NCBI GenBank assembly: GCA_965369655.1
Contig: CBDUQR010000017.1
Coordinates: 1 to 53,614, forward strand
Direction of reading: 5' to 3'
Length of the DNA stretch: 53,614 bases
Source of the DNA: an uncultured bacterium
Lineage (GTDB): Bacteria > Zixibacteria > MSB-5A5 > JAABVY01 > JAHJOQ01
Shown here: piece after piece, positions 17,784 to 26,686 of the stretch
How the letters are laid out: each line of letters begins with the position of its first letter
Position numbering within the stretch: the first letter of the stretch is position 1
Program-made: the position numbers and the translations under genes
Notes under the pieces: generated by a model
Told to the model about the DNA's origin: nothing
The model's database searches: none
Seen by the model: only the letters and a program-made list of their open reading frames with translations

Positions 17784-19384
17784 ATGTTATCCATGAATTC
17801 CTGCCCGTAGACGCACTCGCCCTCGAAGAATGTTGCGAGTACATCAATGTCTTTCAATTGATCCGCCCTCACATCAAACGGATCCTGTTTCAGTATTACT
17901 ATATCGGCACTTCTGCCCGGAGTTATCATCCCGCAGAGGTTTTCGTCACCGAGAGCGTACGCCACACCGGCGGTAAATCCGGCGACAGCCTCACCGCGAG
18001 ACAACCGCTGTCCCAACTGATGGCTCAACTTGCCGTCAAACGATCTCCGCGTTACGGCCGACTGAAGCCCAACAAACGGATCGAGCTTTTCTATCGGCGC
18101 ATCCGACCCAAACGCTAAACGCGCTCCCGAATCGATGAAATCTCGGAATGGATATGCGTTCTTCGCACGGCGTCCCCAGTGCTTTTTCATCAGGTCTATA
18201 TCGGAACTGCAATGAGACGGCTGCACCGACGCTATGATATTCAACCGCGCAAGCCTCGGCAAATCATCAGGCCTTATGATCTGAACATGTTCTATCCTGT
18301 GTCTGAGTCTGCGATGCTTCTTGCTGATGCTTTCAAATGCGTTCAGCGTCTGGTGATTGGCGCGGTCGCCGATCGCATGCACGGCGCATGCTATTCCGTT
18401 CGACGCCGCCGCACGGATCAGCCGCTTCATCTCTTGCTCGGACGTTGTCTCCATACCGCAATTGTTTCTGCTTCCCCGGTATGGCTCGAACATCAGCGCC
18501 GTCTGTGACCCAAGCGCGCCATCAGCAAATATCTTAGTTCCGGCTACGCTCAGATGCGGGCCGCCGAGTCCCGATCTGAGCTTGAGCGCAAGCATCTCAT
18601 CGAGAAAACGCGCCGGTATGTACTGCCTGATTCTGAGCTTCAGACCCTTCTTGTGATGATACTCCTGAAGCAGTCCGAAGTTGTCGATATCGTCGAAATT
18701 GCCCAGAGAGGTAACTCCCAGCCTGTGACAGTGTGATATGGCATTGTCGATCATCCTGAAGGCGTCGCGCTTTGAGGGTTTACTGGAGATGCGATAGACA
18801 AGAAATGCCGCATTTTCGAGGAGAACACCCGTCGGCTCTCCCCTGTCATCCCGATCGATCATCCCCCCCTCCGGATCAGGCGTCGCAGAATCGATCCCCG
18901 CCATTTTCAGTCCGAGCGAGTTGGTCCAGAGGAGATGTTCATCCCTGGAGAGTATCGCGGCTGGATTCTCAGGCGCTATCCGATCAAGATCATCCTTGTG
19001 CGGAGTCCCGCCGTCATCCCATCGATCCCTGCTCCAACCCTTGCCGACTATCCACTCTCCTTTCGACATCCCTGAGACGTATTTCCTGACGCGCGCCAGC
19101 GCCTCGCGGTAGGATGTGCAGCCATCGAGATCGATATTACCGAGAGACTGGGCATAGAATGCAAAGTGAACATGGGCGTCGCCGAACGACGGCAGCATGG
19201 TCATACCGCAGAGATTGATTAGCCGGTATTCATCGACAGGCACACCGAGAATATCTTCGTTCATGCCTGTCCAGGTAATTTGACTTCCATCGATAACCAT
19301 CGCCTGCGCAGTCGGAAGTGATGGATCGAGTGTTCTGATTCGTCCTGAATGAAAAAGCAGCTTTGTGTCGGACTTTCGACTCAT
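17780..19384 (-). CDS. Amidohydrolase_3 (YtcJ-like) metal-dependent hydrolase
   Basis: DAHVH, KIFADGALGS, HAIGDRA, RHRIEHVQ, FGSDAP. Confidence 0.9.
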   Translation of the reverse strand: MSRKSDTKLLFHSGRIRTLDPSLPTAQAMVIDGSQITWTGMNEDILGVPVDEYRLINLCGMTMLPSFGDAHVHFAFYAQSLGNIDLDGCTSYREALARVRKYVSGMSKGEWIVGKGWSRDRWDDGGTPHKDDLDRIAPENPAAILSRDEHLLWTNSLGLKMAGIDSATPDPEGGMIDRDDRGEPTGVLLENAAFLVYRISSKPSKRDAFRMIDNAISHCHRLGVTSLGNFDDIDNFGLLQEYHHKKGLKLRIRQYIPARFLDEMLALKLRSGLGGPHLSVAGTKIFADGALGSQTALMFEPYRGSRNNCGMETTSEQEMKRLIRAAASNGIACAVHAIGDRANHQTLNAFESISKKHRRLRHRIEHVQIIRPDDLPRLARLNIIASVQPSHCSSDIDLMKKHWGRRAKNAYPFRDFIDSGARLAFGSDAPIEKLDPFVGLQSAVTRRSFDGKLSHQLGQRLSRGEAVAGFTAGVAYALGDENLCGMITPGRSADIVILKQDPFDVRADQLKDIDVLATFFEGECVYGQEFMDNI

Positions 19385-21252
19385 CCTGCGAGCACCCTGT
19401 GGTCGCCCACTCTTTTCGTGATACCCATCGAATCGAGTTTTTCGAGAATAGGTACTCCATACTTGCGTGAGAATCCGAACATCTCCCTGATTTCAGAGAC
19501 AGCAATTTTGCCGTTCTGCTCGATTCTGGCGATCATGTCGGCCTTGAGTCTTTCAAACTCCGCGCCCTGCAGTAACAGCCCCCCTGGAAGCTCTACGAGT
19601 TCGCCGCCGTCGATCATGAAGTTGAGAATATCCTTCATGGCAAACGATTTGCCCTCAGCTTGCTTTCTCGATGGCGGGTTCTTCGGATCGCTCTCAAACA
19701 TCGCGATGATGTCGCCTCTAAGGCTTTCCTGCTCCGGTTTCAATTTCGGGAGATGATCGGGAAGGTGAACGAGTGCACCACTCGCAGACAGAATGTCATC
19801 ATCGATGAGTTTTCCGATCACAGCGTCGGAAACATCAGGATCGAGATTCGAGCGCGAGATAAGCTCAGCTCTCGCGATACCTCTGCGCGCAGGATACTGC
19901 TCATGGAATTTACTGACTCGATCAACAAATTTCTGCGAATGAGTGTCGAACTGCTGAGTCTGGCAGAACATATCGCCTGCTTTTGTCAAAATCCCCGAAT
20001 CGAGCATATTCGCCAATGCGGCTTCAACATCGGTTCTCGAAAGATTGGAGGAGTGAAGGATATCCTGCGCCTTGACTCCCGTCAGCCATGAGACCTGTGT
20101 TTCAATCAGGCTCTCGATGTTGTCCACATCGATCCGCTCGTAGTAGGCGCGCGACTTCTTATCCGACCGAGAGTGCCTTGTGCAATCCGTGTCGATGACA
20201 ATCCCACCGCCCACGAGAATATCGGGCGTAGGCAGGCGGATGATAAACCTGTCGCCTATTCTCACGAGGACCCGTTCCTCGAAATGAAATTCGCATATCC
20301 CGCTGACGCCGGGCTTGAGGCGATCATCCTTGAACACAAAAGCTCTTGCGTTCACTTTCGCGGTGCCGATCATCAGCTTGACCATGCGATTGTGCGTCAG
20401 GTCGATGCCTGAATTCGGCGAAATCGTCACACGGACTGCGATCGACGACGCACCGTCGTACAGCTTCGTTCGAGTAATCGCACTCCCTCTCGACAGATCG
20501 TTGTGATTCACGCCGCTGAGATTGAGCGCGACTCGCGAACCCGCCTGAGACTCATCCCGCTTCTTCTTATGTGTCTGTATCGATTTGACCCTTGCAGTCA
20601 GGTTACCTGGAATGATCCTGACCTCGTCTCCTACGCTGAACATCCCATCCCGCATAGTACCCGTTACGACAGTGCCATGCCCGGCCATAGAGAAAACGCG
20701 ATCAGCGTAGAGCCGGGGAAGATCGGGATGACTGCGGGTTGTGATTTTTTCAAGCGTCGAGGAGATTGTCGCGCGGATATCGTCGAGACCCGAGTTATCG
20801 ACAGCCGAGAACGTGAGCATCGGCGCACCATCGAGGAATGTGCCGCTGACTTTCTCCGAGACATCATCCTTGACGAGTTGCAGCCAGTCGGCATCCGCCA
20901 TATCCGTCTTGGTAATCACCAACATACCGCGTTCCGTGCCGAGCAGGTCGAGAATCTCCAGATGCTCCTGCGACTGTGGCATCCAGCCGTCATCCGCCGC
21001 CACCACGAACATCACCATGTCGATCGAGCCGACACCGGTGATCATCGCATCGACAAATCTCTCGTGACCCGGAACATCGACTATCGCGACTTCCGAACCA
21101 TCCGGTAGCGAGAACCACGCGAATCCAAGCTCGATTGTCATCTCGCGCGATTTCTCTTCGGGCAAACGATCAGGGTCCATGCCGGTCAGAGCGCGGACAA
21201 GCGAAGACTTGCCATGATCGATATGCCCGGCTGTCGCGATTGTATAGAGCAT
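19381..21252 (-). CDS. selB: Selenocysteine-specific elongation factor
   Basis: ATAGHIDHGKS, DRLPEEKSREMTIELGF, DVPGHERF, C-terminal winged helix SRKYGVPILEKLD...RVGDHR. Confidence 0.96.
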   Translation of the reverse strand: MLYTIATAGHIDHGKSSLVRALTGMDPDRLPEEKSREMTIELGFAWFSLPDGSEVAIVDVPGHERFVDAMITGVGSIDMVMFVVAADDGWMPQSQEHLEILDLLGTERGMLVITKTDMADADWLQLVKDDVSEKVSGTFLDGAPMLTFSAVDNSGLDDIRATISSTLEKITTRSHPDLPRLYADRVFSMAGHGTVVTGTMRDGMFSVGDEVRIIPGNLTARVKSIQTHKKKRDESQAGSRVALNLSGVNHNDLSRGSAITRTKLYDGASSIAVRVTISPNSGIDLTHNRMVKLMIGTAKVNARAFVFKDDRLKPGVSGICEFHFEERVLVRIGDRFIIRLPTPDILVGGGIVIDTDCTRHSRSDKKSRAYYERIDVDNIESLIETQVSWLTGVKAQDILHSSNLSRTDVEAALANMLDSGILTKAGDMFCQTQQFDTHSQKFVDRVSKFHEQYPARRGIARAELISRSNLDPDVSDAVIGKLIDDDILSASGALVHLPDHLPKLKPEQESLRGDIIAMFESDPKNPPSRKQAEGKSFAMKDILNFMIDGGELVELPGGLLLQGAEFERLKADMIARIEQNGKIAVSEIREMFGFSRKYGVPILEKLDSMGITKRVGDHRVLAG

Positions 21253-22643
21253 CAGGACCTGAGGACCTCCCTGATCGCCTGAATTAAGAGTTTGTCTTCA
21301 TCCTTGAAAACCGCCTTGAGATCGAGCACAAACTTGTCGTTCACTATCCGGCCTATCACCGGCAGACTGTGCAATCTGAAAATGCGAGCTAATTCATCGG
21401 GTGACATCGGAGATGAAAGCTGCACACCGAACGATGGCAGTTCCTCTTCAGGAGCAGCTCCACCGCCGACGAGTGCATTTGTCTCGACCACAGCTGCATC
21501 AATTCCTGCCGCTGCGAGTTCTTCGCAGATTCTATCGGCGCGCATCCGAAGCAATTCGGGTTGAGATGTCAGCATCTCGGTTGCAGGAATATCTTTCAAG
21601 TGATCTCCCCGCAAATATGAAAGCAGTGTTTCTTCGAGCAGGAGAAGCGTAGTCTTGTCGGTTCTGAAAGCTCGATACAACGGATTGGAATACAACTTCT
21701 CTATCGCATCGGACGAACCGAGGATCACACCCGCCTGCGGTCCACCGAAGAGCTTGTCTCCTGAGAAACATACAAGATCAGCGCCGGAATCGAGCGCATT
21801 TGTTATCGAAGGCTCATCCTTTGCTCCATATTCTTCGGGAGCCATCCAGCTCCCGGAACCGAGATCGTACATCACGGAAACGCCCTTTTCCCCGCCAAGT
21901 TCGGCGAGTCTTTTCGCATCGATTGATTCAGTGAATCCGGTGATCCTGAAGTTCGACCAGTGAATCTTGGCAATCAGGCCGGTGTTCGGACCGACAGCGC
22001 GGTAATAGTCGTCAAATGAGACACGATTTGTGGTTCCGATCTCTCTAAGCAGGGCGCCGCTCGCTTTCATGACGTCGGGTATGCGGAACCCGCCGCCGAT
22101 CTGAACGAGTTCGCTTCGTGAGACGACACACTCCCTGCCGTTGCAGAATGTGTTCAGGATCAGATAGACTGCCGCCGCGTTGTTGTTGACCACACACACA
22201 GCTTCAGAACCGGTCAGAAGCGCGAACAATCTTGAGACATGCTTCCCGCGTTTGCCCCGCTTGCCGGGTAAAATATCGTATTCGAGATTGCTGTAGCCTG
22301 ACAGCTTCTCGACAAGCGCTTCGGCGCGCTTCCTGCCAATCGGTGAGCGCCCGAGGTTGGTGTGCACCACGATGCCGGTCGCGTTAATAACGCGCGTGAA
22401 GAAACTGAACCGCTCAGCGTCGAGACGACGGAGAATATCTCTCCTGACATCTGCGCCCTGTACGGATGCATCGCCTTTCAGAATCTTGCGATATCGATCG
22501 AACACGTTCCTGACCACGCTCAGCACAAAAGGTCGCGAGAGCGATTCGATGTGTCGTGTCAGGAATTCCGAGGACAACACCTGCTCGACCTGGGGAATAT
22601 CTGACGGCTTCGTGAGTTCCTTGTCGAATAAATCCTTAGTCAT
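21252..22643 (-). CDS. selA: L-seryl-tRNA(Sec) selenium transferase
   Basis: VINATGIVVHTNLGRSP, VNNNAAAV, SRSELVQIGGGFRIPDVM, FSGDKLFGGPQAG. Confidence 0.96.
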   Translation of the reverse strand: MTKDLFDKELTKPSDIPQVEQVLSSEFLTRHIESLSRPFVLSVVRNVFDRYRKILKGDASVQGADVRRDILRRLDAERFSFFTRVINATGIVVHTNLGRSPIGRKRAEALVEKLSGYSNLEYDILPGKRGKRGKHVSRLFALLTGSEAVCVVNNNAAAVYLILNTFCNGRECVVSRSELVQIGGGFRIPDVMKASGALLREIGTTNRVSFDDYYRAVGPNTGLIAKIHWSNFRITGFTESIDAKRLAELGGEKGVSVMYDLGSGSWMAPEEYGAKDEPSITNALDSGADLVCFSGDKLFGGPQAGVILGSSDAIEKLYSNPLYRAFRTDKTTLLLLEETLLSYLRGDHLKDIPATEMLTSQPELLRMRADRICEELAAAGIDAAVVETNALVGGGAAPEEELPSFGVQLSSPMSPDELARIFRLHSLPVIGRIVNDKFVLDLKAVFKDEDKLLIQAIREVLRS

Positions 22644-22711
22644 GAATTCGAATATAGCAGGCAGTTGAATTGCAGACAAGTTATATCAAACATGTGGGCG
22701 GCAGATGTCCA

Positions 22712-22892
22712 GAGGCTGTCCCAAAAGTAGGTCGTGTTCCGAACCTGATGTAATCAGGTGAGAAACGCGACACTTCTATCTTGTTACCTGGAGTCGGGTT
22801 TTCGGTCGCTGATCCCGATCCCGAGGGACTGGCAGGCTTCGCCTGCTGCGGAACGCCGACCTACTGGAGACCAGGACTTATGAGACAACCTC
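22712..22892 (+). mobile_element. MITE subfamily A (181 bp = 154 bp + 27-bp insertion)
   Basis: Same sequence as 10762-10915 plus an insert at 22802-22828; sits in the centre of a TGTGGGCGGCAGATGTCCA/TGGACATGTGCCGCGCACA palindrome. Confidence 0.8.
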
Positions 22893-22926
22893 TGGACATG
22901 TGCCGCGCACAGTACGCAGGAAAAAC

Positions 22927-23015
22927 CGGAAGGGGAAGGAATCGAACCCTCCGCGCCTTTATGGGGCGCCAACGGCTTTGAAGGCCGCGGAGGCCACCAG
23001 GCCTCATCCTCTTCC
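22927..23015 (-). tRNA. selC: tRNA-Sec(UCA), CCA not encoded
   Basis: GGAAG start, 6-bp D-stem GAGGCC-TGGT-GGCCTC, CT-TCA-AA loop, long variable arm, G73; adjacent to selAB. Confidence 0.95.
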
Positions 23016-23021
23016 GCGCTG

Positions 23022-23049
23022 AATATACAATGATCGGTCACAAGGTCAA
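23022..23049 (-). promoter_or_regulatory. sigma70-like promoter for selC-selAB
   Basis: TTGACC-16nt-TATATT just upstream of selC. Confidence 0.5.
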
Positions 23050-23083
23050 GTGATCTCGGTACGCGTGGGCGCAAGAAATCAAG

Positions 23084-23156
23084 TGGAGATGAAGGGACTC
23101 GAACCCTCGGCCTATGGCTTGCAAAGCCATCGCTCTCCCAGCTGAGCTACATCCCC
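23084..23156 (-). tRNA. tRNA-Ala(UGC), CCA not encoded
   Basis: GGGGATG...ATGGC TT TGC AA GCCAT...CATCTCC-A; G3:U70 pair. Confidence 0.95.
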
Positions 23157-23413
23157 ACATGATCGCGGCGTAAATCTATGGCCATTACACCAATTCCACA
23201 AGACTTATCTGATCGCCTCCTGACCAGTGTCAGACAGTGTTGTTTCCGTAGCAAGGTGCTGACTCTTATCGCATGGAACCTTCTCCGAGCTGTCTTGTAA
23301 ACACGGATGGAACTCGACAGATTAACCATCACCGAAAAAAGTGTTTGAATTCGCACTGGTGAGTTCCTATATTCGTGGCTCAGTATGATAACAAGGACCA
23401 ATTGGATGAGTCT

Positions 23414-24916
23414 ATGAAGAAAAACGCTCTGATGACAATCCTGATACTGGCCGCGACTGTTCTACTTAACGCCGGCTGTGGCGATGTCGGCCATTCCGAC
23501 CTCTTCGACATCGAGAAGCTCTACTACAAAGCTCAGAAGCTCCAGGACAAGAAACTCGGCATCAAGCCCGAACTCGCGACCGATGACGACTTCCAAGAGA
23601 TCATTGACGCCTACATGCTGGTTGTCGACCGATTTGAGGAGGCTTACTCCTATCTGAGAGAAAAGGATACGTTCGATGTAGACGAAAGCAAGGCGGCTGT
23701 GATGGCTGGCGAGAGCCTGATCCAGGTGGCCAGACTGTATCAGCTAAACGGCAGGGATGACAGGTGCAAGGAAATCCTGCTCGGATTCCCCGACAGATTT
23801 CCCAGAAATCGAAACCACAAAGCTGTAGCGCGTATCCAGATCGGCAGAATGGAAGAGAAGGCAGGCAGTCCGGAGAAAGCCGAGCAGGTATACATCAAAC
23901 TTATCGAGGAATACTACCCTCCCTCCGATCTCGAACTGCGTCCCAACGCAGACGTCCTGGAACTCCCCATTAGAATCGCGAGATTATATCAGGAGCTTGA
24001 AGATACCGAAAAGACCGAGTACTATCTCGATTACGCCGAACGATACTATCAGGGTATCATAGACAAATTCAAGTATTCACCGCTCGGGCTGACCACGATC
24101 AGACACCTCGCGGACACGTATGTCCTGCGGAACAAACCCGTTCAGGCAATAGAGCTTCTCGAAACGGTGACGGACACCGCTGGTGAAGTGTTCGGAACCG
24201 CTCAGTTACTCATAGCCGATATCTATGGAACAGAACTTGGCGACCTCGAAAACGCTCGCGTCAGGTATGACAGAATCGTAAACAGCGACTTCGACACACT
24301 GCTGCACCCGAGAGCATACCTGCAACTTGCGAAAATAGATTTCCTCGACTCCAACTTTGTCGATTGTCGCACGAACATTTCGATAATCAAGGAGAAATAT
24401 CCCCGGTATGTAGCCATGCAGGCGCACGCTCAGCAGATATACGCAAGAAGTTTCGAGGCTGAGAAGGACTTCAGTCGCGCATTCAGCGAATACCAGTGGC
24501 TACTGACCAATTATCCGTTGAGCAGGGAAGCCATTGAAACATACAGACACATGCCGGCCTTTCTGCGCGCAAATGGACAGGATGATCTCGCCGCCGACTG
24601 GGATACAAAATCAATCGAGAGGCTGGCGCAAATACGAGATGAGAACCGAGGTTCGGGGGTAGGCATGGCGGCGCTGACCAACTTGATCAACCTGCTCGCA
24701 AATCAGGAGAGATGGGCGGAGGCCGCAACTGAGTTCGAATATCTGCAGGAAACCTATCCTCGCTCCGAAGCAGGGACTCAAGCCCTGCTCAAAGCGGGAA
24801 ACATTTATCGCGATAAATTGGACGACCCGGACAAGGCTCGTCACGTTTATGAAAGACAAGTGAATTTATATCCTGACTTGCCGATCACTGAAAAAGCCAG
24901 GGAAAATCTGAATTGA
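23414..24916 (+). CDS. TPR-repeat lipoprotein
   Basis: Lipobox LNAGC; many TPR-like ..YP.S...A repeats. Confidence 0.85.
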   Translation: MKKNALMTILILAATVLLNAGCGDVGHSDLFDIEKLYYKAQKLQDKKLGIKPELATDDDFQEIIDAYMLVVDRFEEAYSYLREKDTFDVDESKAAVMAGESLIQVARLYQLNGRDDRCKEILLGFPDRFPRNRNHKAVARIQIGRMEEKAGSPEKAEQVYIKLIEEYYPPSDLELRPNADVLELPIRIARLYQELEDTEKTEYYLDYAERYYQGIIDKFKYSPLGLTTIRHLADTYVLRNKPVQAIELLETVTDTAGEVFGTAQLLIADIYGTELGDLENARVRYDRIVNSDFDTLLHPRAYLQLAKIDFLDSNFVDCRTNISIIKEKYPRYVAMQAHAQQIYARSFEAEKDFSRAFSEYQWLLTNYPLSREAIETYRHMPAFLRANGQDDLAADWDTKSIERLAQIRDENRGSGVGMAALTNLINLLANQERWAEAATEFEYLQETYPRSEAGTQALLKAGNIYRDKLDDPDKARHVYERQVNLYPDLPITEKARENLN

Positions 24917-24938
24917 AAGAAGACTCATAAAGGTATAC

Positions 24939-25505
24939 ATGACAAAGGAGTTGTCAGTGAAGAGAAATGTATCGATCATTCTGATGGCAGCAGTAATATT
25001 CTGCCTGTCGACAGCAATCGTCTACGGCGATTCTGTCGGCAAACAGGACGAGTGCACTGTGGTGCTCAAGGAAACCGCCAAGGCAAATCATTGGGCTGTT
25101 GAGATCAATTTTACCAACGATGAGCCGCTGTTTGGCATGGTGTTTCCGTTGCACATCTGGTCCGAAAAAGGCGATCTGACATACGATTCGACCTCATTCG
25201 CCGGAACGAGAGTCGAGGATTTCGCGGTCAAGATTCCTTTCCAGGATACTGTGAACCACAAAGACAAGAAAGGGCTTATGCTCAACCTCGGCCTGATCGG
25301 ATCCGTTGGACCCGAGCCGACCGAGCTTCAGCCCGGCTCCGGCCCCATTGCGCTCCACTACATATCCGGAGCGAAGGGCGTGACAACCGAGAGCATCGTC
25401 GTTGACACAACCTTCATCTACCCGTCAAACAGAATCATGGGCACGATGATCGACGCCAGGACCAGCATCAAGCCGACGTTCAAATTCAAACGAGCCGGCA
25501 AATAG
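24939..25505 (+). CDS. Secreted cohesin-like beta-sandwich protein
   Basis: Signal peptide; YDSTSFAGTRV, PGSGPIA, IVVDTT pattern shared with the 36409 and 37014 proteins. Confidence 0.65.
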   Translation: MTKELSVKRNVSIILMAAVIFCLSTAIVYGDSVGKQDECTVVLKETAKANHWAVEINFTNDEPLFGMVFPLHIWSEKGDLTYDSTSFAGTRVEDFAVKIPFQDTVNHKDKKGLMLNLGLIGSVGPEPTELQPGSGPIALHYISGAKGVTTESIVVDTTFIYPSNRIMGTMIDARTSIKPTFKFKRAGK

Positions 25506-25531
25506 CTGAGACCTCAGTATGCAATTGAACG

Positions 25532-25557
25532 GCCCTCACCGAGCGGTGGGGGCTTTT
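25532..25557 (+). terminator. Rho-independent terminator
   Basis: GCCCTCACCG-AG-CGGTGGGGGC followed by TTTT. Confidence 0.6.
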
Positions 25558-25722
25558 CTCTTGATACTTCTCCAACAGCAATCATGCAAAGAAGACAGCC
25601 CGCTGGTTCACAGATCGTGCAGCCCGTTGCGCAGACCATAATATCCTCAACGGTCACATTATGAACAGAGGCTTAACCTGCTGTGAGACCTGCACATAGC
25701 GCCCTCGCATCTCAGCGCATTC

Positions 25723-25738
25723 GGGCACAGATATTGCT
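25723..25738 (+). promoter_or_regulatory. sigma54 -24/-12 promoter of the PEP-CTERM gene
   Basis: GGGCACAGATATTGCT (GG-N10-GC); PEP-CTERM genes are commonly sigma54-driven. Confidence 0.7.
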
Positions 25739-25790
25739 CTGTCATGGTTTGAAATAGTAAAACTACTCTTTCGATAAGGAGGGCAAAATC

Positions 25791-26558
25791 GTGAAGAGCG
25801 CAATCTTAGTTGTCAGCCTGCTGGCTCTGCTGACGGCTCCCGCTTTCGGATTTGGATGGACTTTCTATGACTTTGGATCATCCGTTTTCGATCACAACAA
25901 CAACACCTCCCCCATCGACTACCCGAACGTAGGATACCTTCCTTCGCCCGGTATGCACGGTGAGGGCGGAGAGAAATTCGACATTGAGGGACTGTTCTAC
26001 GCCGAGGATGCAAGCTATCTCTATGTCGGCCTGACGAGTTCGTTCGGTAAGGTAGCCTACTCGGATGAATACGGAGCATTCATGGCCGGAGACCTCTTTT
26101 TCGGCTATGACGGCGACATGTACCAGTACAGTGTCGATTTGCACACCGGCGATCTCTACGACGTCGACTCATGGCTCTATGTCCCGGATCGTCCCGGCAG
26201 CTACGGATCGAATATCGCCATCCGAGACGCCGTCGGCGCTTTCCAGACTGAGTCTGGTGATCTACTCGGCTCGGTGGATATCATGCTGACCTATGAAGCA
26301 GACTACGAAACGCCGACGCTGAATCCCCCGGAAGACGTCTCAGGCGACACCTACATCTGGGAGATGCGGATCACAAAGGGATTTCTCCCGGATGATCCTG
26401 CAACACATGATTATATCACGTTTCACAACACTCTCGAATGTGGAAACGATCTGGTTGAAGAGAGCTTTCCAACCGACCCGATTCCCGAACCGGCCACACT
26501 GCTTCTTCTGGGAGCGGGTCTTACAGGTATCGGTCTCTATCGTCGCAAAAGAAAATAA
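25791..26558 (+). CDS. PEP-CTERM sorting-domain protein
   Basis: AAGGAGG RBS; signal peptide; C-terminal IPEPATLLLLGAGLTGIGLYRRKRK. Confidence 0.92.
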   Translation: MKSAILVVSLLALLTAPAFGFGWTFYDFGSSVFDHNNNTSPIDYPNVGYLPSPGMHGEGGEKFDIEGLFYAEDASYLYVGLTSSFGKVAYSDEYGAFMAGDLFFGYDGDMYQYSVDLHTGDLYDVDSWLYVPDRPGSYGSNIAIRDAVGAFQTESGDLLGSVDIMLTYEADYETPTLNPPEDVSGDTYIWEMRITKGFLPDDPATHDYITFHNTLECGNDLVEESFPTDPIPEPATLLLLGAGLTGIGLYRRKRK

Positions 26559-26628
26559 AGCCCCCTAAGCAAGAAGGGTAACACAAAGCCCGTCTGCTGA
26601 TACAGCAGGCGGGCTTTAGTTTTGGCCT
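26463..26628 (+). repeat. Direct repeat copy 1 (PEP-CTERM 3' end + terminator)
   Basis: Homologous to 31963-32127. Confidence 0.9.
26585..26617. terminator. Bidirectional Rho-independent terminator
   Basis: AAAGCCCGTCTGCTG-ATA-CAGCAGGCGGGCTTT between convergent genes. Confidence 0.75.
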
Positions 26629-26686
26629 GTTCCTCAGGGCGTCACGACGCAAGTGGGCGTGAATTTCACTTACAGCTAACCGCTGC

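Noticed and set aside
23084-23156. tRNA-Cys (GCA is visible on the + strand)
   Set aside because: The gene is on the minus strand; the anticodon is TGC with G3:U70, so it is tRNA-Ala.
22927-23156. tRNA-anchored prophage or genomic island
   Set aside because: No integrase, phage genes or duplicated tRNA 3' end were seen in the window.
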